The notes below the pieces were generated by a model, which ran no database searches, had not been told where the DNA came from, and saw nothing but the letters and a program-made list of their open reading frames with translations. From Ginglymostoma cirratum (taxonomy: Eukaryota), in assembly GCA_024137785.1 (NCBI GenBank), contig JAHRHZ010000032.1, positions 5,379,993 to 5,443,992 on the forward strand: DNA of 64,000 bases. Direction: 5' to 3'. Shown one piece after another: positions 53,401-64,000 of the stretch (its first letter is position 1; the number at the start of each line of letters is the position of its first letter). Both the position numbers and the translations under genes were made by a program.

Positions 53401-53574
53401 TCCTCTGCGAACATTCGCCTCATCCTGCAAATAAGTGTTTAAGACATCCTAATTCAAATTGGGCAACTAGCATGGTTTTGCCCTGGATGGATGTTGTGCA
53501 ACATAAAATCAATTCACACAGAAAGAAAAAGCAATCGATCTATTTTCCTGTAATCACAATCGATTCACACTCCT

Positions 53575-53855
53575 AGGGTTGAAGGTTCAAACCCCACGTC
53601 TCAGACTTGAACCTAACAGGTAAGCACTGAAGAAGTGCTAAACTGGGAGAGGCATGATCCCTCAGATGAAGATAAAAGGTACATAGACACCTTGGCATTA
53701 TTGGGAGAAGAGCAATGGAGTTTTCCCATTGTCCTGGATAAAATGTATCCCCCAACCAACACCAAAACTGTTAATCTGATCCTTTGATTCGTTGCTGTAT
53801 ACAATTTGATTACTACATTGCCTCCAATTCAACGTGACTAAATTTGTGGATGACT
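53575..53855 (+). mobile_element. DeuSINE (SacSINE1-like), decayed
   Basis: Deu-domain-like gaagagca..ggagtt.tccc..tgtcctgg...aa..t.tatccc.caaccaacacc after a tRNA-like head. Confidence 0.65.
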
Positions 53856-54319
53856 ACTGAAATTTAGTTGAACTGCTTGCTGACACCATGACACATGACA
53901 TAGACTATTTGAGTACCATGGTTAATTCCATCTGAGCTCAAACAGATAAATTAATACAGCATCAGTTCCCAAATTAATTGCATGTTTTTGCTTTCACTTC
54001 TCTACCTAGCAGAATTTGACTTTTACTCATATGGACACGATTCTTTCTATGTTACAATTTAGGTTTTTTAAAAAAAGAAATTATCTTTTTAACATCCTTC
54101 ACTAACTTGTAATTTATCAAAAGATCATTTTGCAGCCACCTTCTTTAAAAGGTGAAAAATACAAGTTGGTACAGCCTTTTTTTTTGCCTCAAACCTTTAA
54201 CACTAGGGGTTTAACTTTAATTTAACTCGCCCAGTAAGGAAGAACCACCATTTTTACATCATTGACTTTATTGGCATGTAAAAGCACATACTGAGGAAAA
54301 CAGTTTGTTGATCCAATCC

Positions 54320-54485
54320 GAGATAACAAAGCATGGGGCTGGATGAACACAGCAGGCCAAGCAGCATCATAGGAGCAGGAAAACTTGACGTTTCGGGCCT
54401 AGACCCTTCATCAGAAAGATGATGTTTTTGCATCAGAAAGCCTTGTTATCTCGGATTCTCCAGCATCTGCAGTACCTTTTACCTC
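54320..54485. mobile_element. Penelope-like pLTR remnant with inverted segment
   Basis: Perfect 14-bp TSD tgttgatccaatcc (54306-54319, 54486-54499); same subfamily as 2937-3533. Confidence 0.8.
54384..54417 (-). ncRNA. Minimal type I hammerhead ribozyme motif
   Basis: uuu CUGAUGA A GGGU-CUAG-GCCC GAAACGUC aag. Confidence 0.7.
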
Positions 54486-54649
54486 TGTTGATCCAATCCC
54501 ATCAGTTTTCTGTTGGGTGGATTACCTTTTAATTAGCCCTAAGGAACGATTTTTATATCTTCTGTCTGGATTCTTACCAATGTTATATGTGCCCTTAATG
54601 TTTTAATGTTTAGGTTTGGGCACATTTTGCAAAGTGTGAACACTTTTCG

Positions 54650-54860
54650 TGTCATCCCTTCACAGGATGTGGCAACATTGGCTAGACCAGTATTTATTAC
54701 CCATCCCTTAATTGCCCTTAAGAAGCTGCCTTTTTGAAATACTGCAGCCCCATTGGTGTAGCAATACCCACAGTGCTGTTAGGAAAGGGCTGTAGGATTT
54801 TAATCCAGTGACAGTGATGTATGGCTTGAAGGTGAACTTGCAGGTGGAGGTGGTGCCCAT
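54650..54860 (-). mobile_element. 3' tail fragment of the tRNA-headed LINE family
   Basis: atttattacccatcccttaattgccctt tail and adjacent 3' UTR. Confidence 0.65.
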
Positions 54861-56029
54861 TGCAGTTATTCATGCCCCCTTCTAACTTATATTCTAATAT
54901 TTTGGCTGTACAAAGCAGCATTCTGTTTGATTTGTTGATTGCTATCACACAGGGATTGAACATGAGCTACATCACATTTACTAAAACGAATAGGTCTTCT
55001 ACATTTCCCTGAGCTATTTCAACAAATTCCATGGAGTACATATATTTTTCATTTTTTGTTTCTGTAGACAGTGCTTTACATTTACCTTATAAATCTTTAC
55101 CTTCTGTTGTTACATTTATTTACATAGTTTGCCAAATGATTTTATAGGCCCAGAACAAGTTCCTTCTTGTGATAGGTTTGTGTGACTGATCCTTGTTATT
55201 AATCCTACTATGAGACAGTACGGATTTGCAGAATAATTCCTTAGACTCACCACCCAGCATTTCTTACACCAGCGTCTTTCACACCTGACTGCCTGTTAAA
55301 AAAAAAGTTTCATGGTTTTTGTCTATTTCAAAATGTCTCTCAAGTTTCCCTTGAGTTCCTATTGTCTGTAACTAATTAGTCATCTTCCATGTAGAACTTG
55401 GTCAAGTTGCATCGAGTTGGATGGTTTCCACAGTTAGCACTTCCTCAAGTTGCACCTAGATGCTAAAAGCAAGGAGACCTATAACAAGTTCACGGTTTGT
55501 AAAAGAAACTAAAAGCAGGACCGTCTCTGGCTTAATGTGGAGGTAGAAGTTATGCATGCGTGATCGAAGGTCATCAAGGAACTAAAAATTGTTAAAGATA
55601 GCTATTAAATAAAGACAATTATGGGCTTTCATTTTAATTCAACTCAATTCCAATTTATTGTCCATATGGAAATTCATTTTGGGCACATTTTGTTACATAT
55701 AGCTGTATAATAACAGTAAAAAAAAGAGAATGATTCAATCAAAGAGATATAACTTTAAAACTATTTCAATGCATTAGAATAGTTTGTCAGTAATTCCTAC
55801 ACTTGCTCCATATCCTCAAACGTACAACAAAGTGCTGCTAAAAATGCCTAAAAAGAAGGGCCTGTACCATTTGTAAAACCAATCTGTCCTGCATTTGAAG
55901 AGTTGTTGCCTTCTTTCTCACAATGAGATAAGGATCATTATTCCTGACACTCTTTTATCAAATTTCTTCAACAGCAGATTTCATCAAGAAAAATCTACTC
56001 GACAAATGCCCTGTCTGATTCAATACTTT

Positions 56030-56370
56030 CATTTATTCATTCATGAGATGTAAGACTAGCATTTATTGCCCACCACTAATTGCCCTTGAGAAAGACATGG
56101 TAAGCTGCCTCCTTGAACCCGCCAATGTCTTCTGGTTTACCCCCGTGTTGCTGTTGAGGGATTTCCAGGATTTTGATCCAGCAACAATGAAAGAGTAAAA
56201 TATTGTCCCAAATTATGATGATATATAACTCAGAAGGGAACTCGCAAGTGATGGTGTTTCCATACATTTACAGCTTCTTGAACATTGTTGGAGCTTTATC
56301 CATTCAAGCAAGCGGAAAGTATTCCATCACACTCTTTGTCAATGGTGGACAACAGCACCAGGCAAGATAT
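56030..56370 (-). mobile_element. 3' fragment of the tRNA-headed LINE family
   Basis: tttattcattcatgagatg...gcatttattgcccaccactaattgcccttgag. Confidence 0.7.
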
Positions 56371-56685
56371 CCAAAAAGAATAATGCTCTCAGCTACTGCT
56401 GTAGAGAAAGGCTTCAAGTTTAGAGGATCTGCTGAAAAGGATTTTAATATTCTGAGGTGACATAATTGTTTGTTCCTTTGCCACTGCATCTGAATATTGT
56501 TCCATCCTCTCATAAAACATTTTAATAAAAGACTCTTTACTAATCACGAGATAACATTTGCAAAACTGTAGTCAAGCAGGCTGGACGAAAGGAGGAGAAA
56601 TGAGAGGAGGGAAGAATAAATAAAGAAGAATAAATAAGGAAGAAGGACACACAAGGAGATAAATCGCTAATATTATCACTTTTTG

Positions 56686-56800
56686 TTTTCCTAATCAACC
56701 TGTTCATAGATGTTATTACTCATCTCTTGAGAAGGTGGGACTTGAACCCAGATCTCCCAGTCCAGAGGTAGGGAACTGTCCATTGCACCCCAAGAGCCCT
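56686..56800 (-). mobile_element. Short (about 120 bp) tRNA-derived SINE
   Basis: Minus strand: gggctcttggggtgcaatgg...gggttcaagtcccacc...gaacaggttgattaggaaaa. Confidence 0.7.
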
Positions 56801-57639
56801 CAACATTAATATTAATTGGCTAGCCCTGCAGCATGTTATCTATAGTTTGTCATTTGTACTTGTTCTTTCATACAACTCAAGGCCTGAAGTTCTTATGCCA
56901 ACATATTTGAATTACAGGAAACCTGTACAGTGAATGACAAATGGGACCTTCAGTGCCCAAAGGTGTGTAGCTTTAAAAGAAATTGCTTCATTCAGTTTTA
57001 CAATGTGATAAAAACTGATTTGTTTAATAATTTTCAACTGCAATCATAATATAACATTCAAGTCTATTACAGGATTAAAAAAGAAAAAAAAATGCATTTC
57101 GACTACACAGTTTCAGTTCATGGACCTTCTGATTTATTATCTCAGGTTCTTATCATACCACCTTATTTCTCGCAGAATAAGTTTCAACCAGTTCTCAGCT
57201 TCTCGTATGAAATGATTGTAGAAAATTTCAGAATTTAATTCTCAAGCACAATTACTTGACACACATCAATACAGTTGTCAATGGAGATATCACTCAAATC
57301 ATGTAAAAATACACGACTGGTATAAATAAACTTTTATCAGTGGGCTAATTCCAGTCAATACCCTAGATGTCATAAAGCACATTCATATGCAGAGTTATGT
57401 TCTGGTCCATTCAATTCCCAAAGGACTGAAGAAGGTGAATGGAACAATTGATTCCCACATGTATACATTATGGATCACTGCAGATGACAGTTGAATCCAT
57501 TTACTATGCCTTTGTCTGATGTTTGTCTGAACCCAAACAACAACAGACATAGACAGAATCATTCTGTCTCTTTTTTTTTGTTCATTTCCATCAATAGAGC
57601 CTTGTTTTTAGTATAAACAGTAATATCAACATCATCATA

Positions 57640-58135
57640 TTCCTGTCATCTTCCAGCCAGTGAAGTCATTGGAAAAATGAAGGAAGACTTTATGTAGGTT
57701 TAGTAAACAAAGGACAGCAATGTAATAACATGTCATAAGGTGCCTTAATATGAGTGAAAACACTGGGGAAACTGGAAATGGACTAATAGATAATATGGAT
57801 GGGTGGTGGTGAGTTTTGTGTTGAGGACTGATGACTGTATTTTTGTGGGTGCAAGACTTGTGCCAGAGAAGGGGCAACTGTTGAAGGAATGTATCAATGT
57901 CAAGCACCATGAGGACTAGGAAGAGCAATTCAATGCCAAAAAATGAATAGGGAAAGGATATCACAGGAGGAGAGTTTGGAAAGTTTTAAAAATTCCATTA
58001 ATGGTGAGAGTTCAGAATTGGTTGTTAGAAAACTGAGGGGATGTGGGCACAAATGAGGAAGAAGGAAGGAAGGAAATAACGGATACGGAGGTAGAGTTGC
58101 TGAAAATAAGGCAGTCAAAGGTAAAGGTGCAACAG
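57640..58135 (-). mobile_element. Probable L2 ORF2 remnant
   Basis: Purine-rich plus strand; decayed RPISxLP-like region on the minus strand. Confidence 0.35.
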
Positions 58136-61100
58136 TGATTCAATACATCTACTGTAGCAGAAATGCAAGGATGTTGAAAGACTACGGAAGAAAAGGCAAA
58201 AAAAAGTTTTGTGAATTAGAGATCGAATTCATGGAAGGAGTGGAATTATTATTTTATGTCAAGATAAGTGGCAGTGTGGATGGTAATAAAAAGATCAGAC
58301 CAGGAATCATTCTTGCTGAACAAGTTATCTCATTTGAGTGTTGACAATCCATTGCCTATGGACACGATAGTTTAATTGCAGGCCTGCACTTAAATATAAA
58401 AAAAATTGTATTTTATGCACCAATGCATAACAGTTTGTTTGTGAGCCCTGAGTTGACAACAGGGAAATCAGAAGTTTAAAACAAAACTAAAATGCTGGAG
58501 ATGCTTGAATTCTGGCATGAAAGTAGAAGCTCTGTCCAAAACACCCTCAATTCAGATCTGCTGCATCACTCTCACCTCCCAGCCCGGTCAATACCTGACA
58601 TGCTGCCTCATCTTCCTGTGGCTGAGTCAGCCCTGCTAAACTGTCATTCACGGGACCCTTACAGTTTCCAAAACCTAGTGAACGTTGGCGAGAATGCATC
58701 CCAGCAGTCAGTGAAGGGATCTGAGCCAACAGTCTCAGCCTCTGCCAAAGCACCGTGGAGGAACATCAGCTTTGAAATTGTAATTCACCAAGAATTTGTC
58801 TGTGGGCGTTTTTCATAATGTTGTGTTTTTAAGCTTTTTTTATAACAGCAGATTAAAGTTATTGAAAAACCCCATTTTCACATCTTTCCCATTATTATAT
58901 ACAGAGTACCAATTCACTCTGAAACCTGCTTCATGATGAATGCCCAGACATTATGGAACTCAGTGGGCTGATGTACAATGGATGTATGAATGGTTGAACA
59001 GCTGTCCAAGGAGGGGCAGGCGGACGATTGGTCCTGGTGATGGGAGTGATTCATTTCTTATGTTTTACAGTAGGTGCATCTTTGCAATATTAGCACACTC
59101 TAGGCTCAGTGTAATCAGAAGATCTGATGAAAGGTGTCCCGTTGTCAGCCCCTTGGTCTGACCTTCTCCAAGTTCCCTTCATCTGAAGAACAGAGACGAG
59201 TCCCTTTATTCTCTTCTACCCGTAATCCTCTCTGGTGTCAATGTTGTGGAGGATGCAGAATACAAAATTTTGAGCGCTCACTGGAGAGTCATGAAAGGTA
59301 CCTCTAGAAATGTTTAAGAATTGATGGCTATCGGCAACTATTTCCTAGGTGGCTGTGTTGATGTGTCTGCCCTCTTCATATTTTGGTTAGTGATGTCCTT
59401 GTAGCAGAAATATGGATCTCCAGATGGTCAAAGCCCAGTAGTTAGTTCACCATACAGAGGGTTTTTGGGTAAACAGCTATCATCCGTCTAATGAATGGAA
59501 TCAAGCTGTCACAGATATCATTGACTTAATAATGAATGTGTGTGGATGGAATTAGCTGCTCCCAAGAGATGAAAGTTGTATCCACATAAGAACCTTGTAA
59601 AATATTTGTCATTAGGAAACAGCAGCTAGAAGTGTGAGAGTTCATTCAAATGGAACAACTTCATTGGTCAGTTTCCTTGACTCTCAGGAACTGCAAGTTT
59701 TAAATTTATAGATGAGTAAGGTGTTTTTACAGACATCCAAGAACCCCTGAGGATGTCTATTGAATGAATAACTTCTGCAATAATTGAATTCCTGACTGCA
59801 GTTCCACGATTTCTCACTGGATTCAAAAAAGTCCTCCATTAATCTTGGGAGTGGGCATGTTGTAACTAGGTTGCAAATGTGATTAACAAGTCAATGGTTT
59901 TAACTGCCACCTGCCACCAAGTTACCCACTCTAGGGGTTAAAATTCCACCCACTGAGGTTATGAAATTGAATGGTTCAGCAGGCTCACAGGTGAAATTAG
60001 ATGATGCTTCAGAAGGGAAGTTAGCTTTTGTATTAATGGATCCATTGTGAAGTCTAAATTTCATGGTGAAGCAGAACATCATATCGGAAAAATGCTGAGA
60101 AAATTAGTGACTTGTCCATACCAGGAACAGAAAACACTATCCTGCTAAAGATGTTCTATAAGAAACAATAAATATTGTACTGTAAAAATTGTGACAAACT
60201 CATACTTTTGTGAATTTTAGGTTAGTCGGTTTTGTCGTTGAGTTTGACAGTGTTAGAAATTTCATAATGATATTGTCTCCCTGAAAGTACTTGCCTGAGT
60301 CCGCTGATTAATCGCATCTCGATGGCATTATCAGAATCAGATTAGCAGAATCAGAATCTGTGTTAACAGCAGGCATTGTCCAGAACAATAGAAGCAGGTA
60401 TGGTGTCTACAATCCACATCCAGTGCAGATACCAGGTATTGGCTGGAAGAATGGAAGAACACCAACTGTATCACTTAACTATTTGAGATTGTCAAGATCA
60501 TCCTTTTCCTTTAGTAACATTCACTGCTTAACACTTCTCATCAAGTAGCTCTTACTTCATGTCTAGAAGTTGCATGAGAACGAATTTGGTTCAGTGTACA
60601 ATTTGCCCATCATTGATGTGATGCAGAGAAATATCAAGGAACAGAGTCTCTAAATGCAGAAGTACAACAATATCTCCCGAAGGCAAGTTTGGATTTCTTG
60701 GGTTTACATGAAATCAGGTTGCATGAATCGTTTGTATAGCTGTAAAAATAATTATAAAATCAATGGCTGAACAATAAATGTGCAGTTGGAAACATGCTTG
60801 AATCAGGATCTTGAGGGACCATTTAACTGTGTTTAAAAAAGTTTCTAACACTCCCTAAGCTTTTGACTGAATGCCACATTGCATTACACATGCAGGAATA
60901 CATAGGAGAACGTTACTGTGCTACCTGTAAAGGAGCTCAGTTCTGAAACTTAATTTTATATAGCATCTAAACAATTTTCTAAAGCTAGGAGGGTGAGTAA
61001 CCAAGGTGCTTCTAAAATAACAGTGTCTTTTCTTTTAAGGATTGTACAATGGCCAGATCTGTCTGTTACTCATGCAATTGACAATAAGTAAACCAGAGAA

Positions 61101-61284
61101 AGCAAAATCAAGTATCCAAACAACCATCTGTTTTAATAAGCAGCCTTAGGAAGAGCACCCAGCTCTCTTGCTTTGACTGCTGGACAGAAACATGTTAGTC
61201 CTACGAGAAGGAATTTTTTTTACACACAACTACCAACTTCCCAGCAATACATATGGGGACTGCTTTCCTAAAAGTTATTTAGAG

Positions 61285-61460
61285 ATCCAGGTACAGTTAC
61301 AGCATTTAAAAGACACTTGCATAAGTTCAAGAATAGGAAAGGTTTGGAGGTATATGGGCCAAGTTCAGGCAGGCAGGATTAGTTTAGTTTGGGATTGTGT
61401 TGTGCATGGACTGGTTGGAGCAAAGTGTCTGTTTCCAAGATGTTTGACTCTTTTACTGTA
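61285..61460 (+). mobile_element. CR1/HER1-like 3' end fragment
   Basis: Homologous (inverted) to 38605-38780. Confidence 0.65.
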
Positions 61461-61589
61461 GAGCTGTTTATTGGAAAGATGATTTAACCCAGTGATGTCA
61501 TTCGAAAACTGGACTCAATCACTGGACTGGCAAATCTTCAGAAACCTCTGTGTTGCCTAGAACATTTGTGGAATAGAAGTTGCTGGTGT

Positions 61590-61877
61590 ATAGAGTCTCT
61601 ACAGTGTGGAAACAAGCCCTTTGGCCCAAAAAGCCCACACTGACCCTCAGAGCACCCCACCCAGACCCATTACCCTTTCCCTGTAACCCATCTACACAAT
61701 CCTGAACACTATGGGCAATTTAGCATGGCCAATCAACCTATCTTGCATATCTTTGGACTGTGGAAGGAAACCCACGCAGACATGGGGAGAACATCCAAAC
61801 TCCACACAGACAGGCACCCAAGGGTGGAATTGAACCCAGGTTGCTAGTGCTGTGAGGCAGTAGTGCTAGCCACCATC
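61590..61877 (-). mobile_element. HE1-like V-SINE
   Basis: Homologous to 14515-14828. Confidence 0.85.
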
Positions 61878-63049
61878 CCACCCAAACATGTTATAGCTTG
61901 CAAGTCAAAAGAGTGGAGCAATACATCGTTGTTAAAGAGTTTGTGGAAGAATAAAAATTGTATTTATTGATAAGAATTAATGATTGCATAAAGGACAAGA
62001 ACAGATTAATCTGTCAATAAAAAACCAAAGGTCTCTTGAAAATACTTACGCAGATGAGTTCAAAGGCTGTGCACCTTTTACCATAGTTGGGTTATTATTG
62101 GAGTACTTGACATGAAAAAAATTAAGATGAATGAAACATCAATGGCCATATGGCTAACACCATGAAGGTGTAAAGTTTCCTCTGTTGTTAGAAGCAAGTG
62201 TAGTAACCCCGACATTAGTTATCAAATAAATGACTTTTTATAAAAGTCTCCTTGCTGGCAGAATTTTGCTACCTGTCTGATTTTAATAGCAGAAGTACTA
62301 TTTTAATCATTCTCAAAAGACGAAAGAGATACTGTTCAAAATATTACAATGCTACATGTTATGTTGAAATATTTGCCCTCTGATCTCCTAGGCATTATCT
62401 ATGCTTTTGGTGTAAATTGGGTTGACACCACGTTTTATATCTTTTTGAGGGTCACAGGGAAAATAAAAAAAACAAGTCACACTGACTACCAGGTGAATCT
62501 CACCAAAGCCAGTTCAAAAACTTTGTCACTAGAGCCAGCAATCTGTAAGAGGAACGATATGTCATTGCGTGATAAAAAGAGCATAACTAATTAAAATGCA
62601 GAGAAGAGAAAAATCTCGTGACCATTTTCTCAGAGAATTAAAAAGTATACATTTCACTTCCTTGCATTTTTTTTGCTGGAATAACTAAATCACACAGTTC
62701 AATTAAATCTAGCTCCCTACCCTGCCTTGATGCCTTCATGCCTTTCTGTGGCTCATGTTTGCAAAGGCAATCTTGATTGTATCAGTTTCCTGGGGATGTA
62801 ATGTGGAACATTGGGACCTTCACTCTTTATTGTATTACTGTTGGACAATGTGGAACAAAAAAATCAAAAGGAAACATGCTGGAGCAAACAGCATAAGTAG
62901 TACTGAAAATAGTTTCCATCGACTGAAATAGCATGGTTATCTATTCAGCTTTTCACAATCCCGTGCAGTAAGGTATCGTACAGAGGTGCATGCTGTACTG
63001 CATAGCACTGCACTAGACTAATGCAGAGAGTCAAAATAAAAGGGGTTTC

Positions 63050-63465
63050 AGGTATACAGCAGCTTTCACAGCCTCAAGACCTTACACGTAACAACATTTC
63101 TCTAAAGTCTGGTTACTGTCATAAGACAGAAAACACAGCAGCCAATTTGCTCATCGTAAGCTCCACAAACAGTATTAAGGTAACCAGATAATTTGTTTCT
63201 TGCAATGTTAGTTGAAGACTAACTATTGGTTCGGAAACTGCAAGGAATTCCCCTGCTGTTCTCAGATCCAGAACCATGTAATGTCTTACACCTGTCTGAG
63301 ATAGCAGGCAAGCCCTCAATTTAACACCATGTCTGTAAAAAGTGCTTCAACAGTGCAGCATTCCTCAATCTGCACTGGACGGTCAGGCTAAATTTTGAAC
63401 TCAAGTATCTGGCTTAGAACTTGAAACATTCTGACTCAGAATGTTATCACTGAACCACAGCTGGC
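63050..63465 (-). mobile_element. DeuSINE (SacSINE1-like)
   Basis: gcagccaatttgc...aagctcc.acaaacag, ccctcaatttaac, acagtgcagcattcc and a tRNA-like head. Confidence 0.7.
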
Positions 63466-64000
63466 ATCAGAACCATACTGACTGATAGTAATTTCAGAAT
63501 ACTGCTCTTGCTAAATTGTATTATACATGAATATCATCAGAGCCTTGATCTGAATCACGCTTAAACCTGTATTTGACATAGACAATGTATTAATTGAATC
63601 GTGAAAATGTGTTTTGCCAAAAATAATTTACAAGTATTTCACTCAACCAAACACTTGTCTAAATAGGAATATGGCAACAAAGGAGACAATTCACTTGAGC
63701 TTGTTTTATCATTCAATCAGAATCTGGCCAATTGTTACCTCAAATAAATGTACCTGTCTTTGCTCTATATCCTTTGATGCACTAACAAAATAAGTATCTG
63801 CTGATCTCAGTGAACATGTCAATTAACCCAACATTTTGGAGAACAAGTTCCAGATTTTCATGAACATTTCTGAGAAAAATTGCTTCCTGATTTCCTTCAT
63901 AACATGGTTCTACTTTCAAGATTACGCTCCCTTATTCTGCATTTCTCCACCAGACCAATTGTTCCTCAGTTTCTACTCTATCAATTCCATAATCATTTAA

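Noticed and set aside
59200-60450. Possible second decayed Gypsy gag region (PAEPFNF on the minus strand)
   Set aside because: Single short motif, no LTR, PBS or pol evidence I can verify by eye.
53400-64000. Neighbouring gene exons upstream of PTGFRN
   Set aside because: No ORF with recognisable protein motifs or convincing exon structure; short exons could be missed.
1-64000. CRISPR arrays, rRNA or prokaryotic systems
   Set aside because: Spliced vertebrate gene with SINEs and LINEs; no regularly spaced direct repeats.

Overview
Vertebrate, repeat-rich DNA, almost certainly from an elasmobranch (shark), judged from HE1-like V-SINEs, SacSINE1-like DeuSINEs and HER1/CR1-like LINEs. The only protein-coding gene I can support is a minus-strand PTGFRN (EWI-F/CD9P-1) orthologue. 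It has a 43-nt signal-peptide exon in a CpG-enriched promoter at about 52.8 kb, a 34-kb first intron, and six more phase-1 exons (Ig domains 1-5 plus the start of Ig6) down to 5317. The last exons lie left of the window. Everything else is intronic or intergenic and mostly decayed mobile DNA. Two observations stand out. (1) At least ten short, often palindromic insertions, nine with 11-16 bp target-site duplications, carry a minimal type I hammerhead ribozyme core (CUGANGA-stem II-GAAACGUC) or remnants of it, as expected for Penelope-like pseudo-LTR remnants. One of them explains the 400-N gap. (2) An apparently ORF1-less CR1-group LINE has a tRNA-derived SINE head and body as its 5' UTR, and the commonest SINE here looks like its internal-deletion derivative, with two different junctions. 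Family names come from recall, not from searches. Repeat boundaries are approximate unless a TSD is given.
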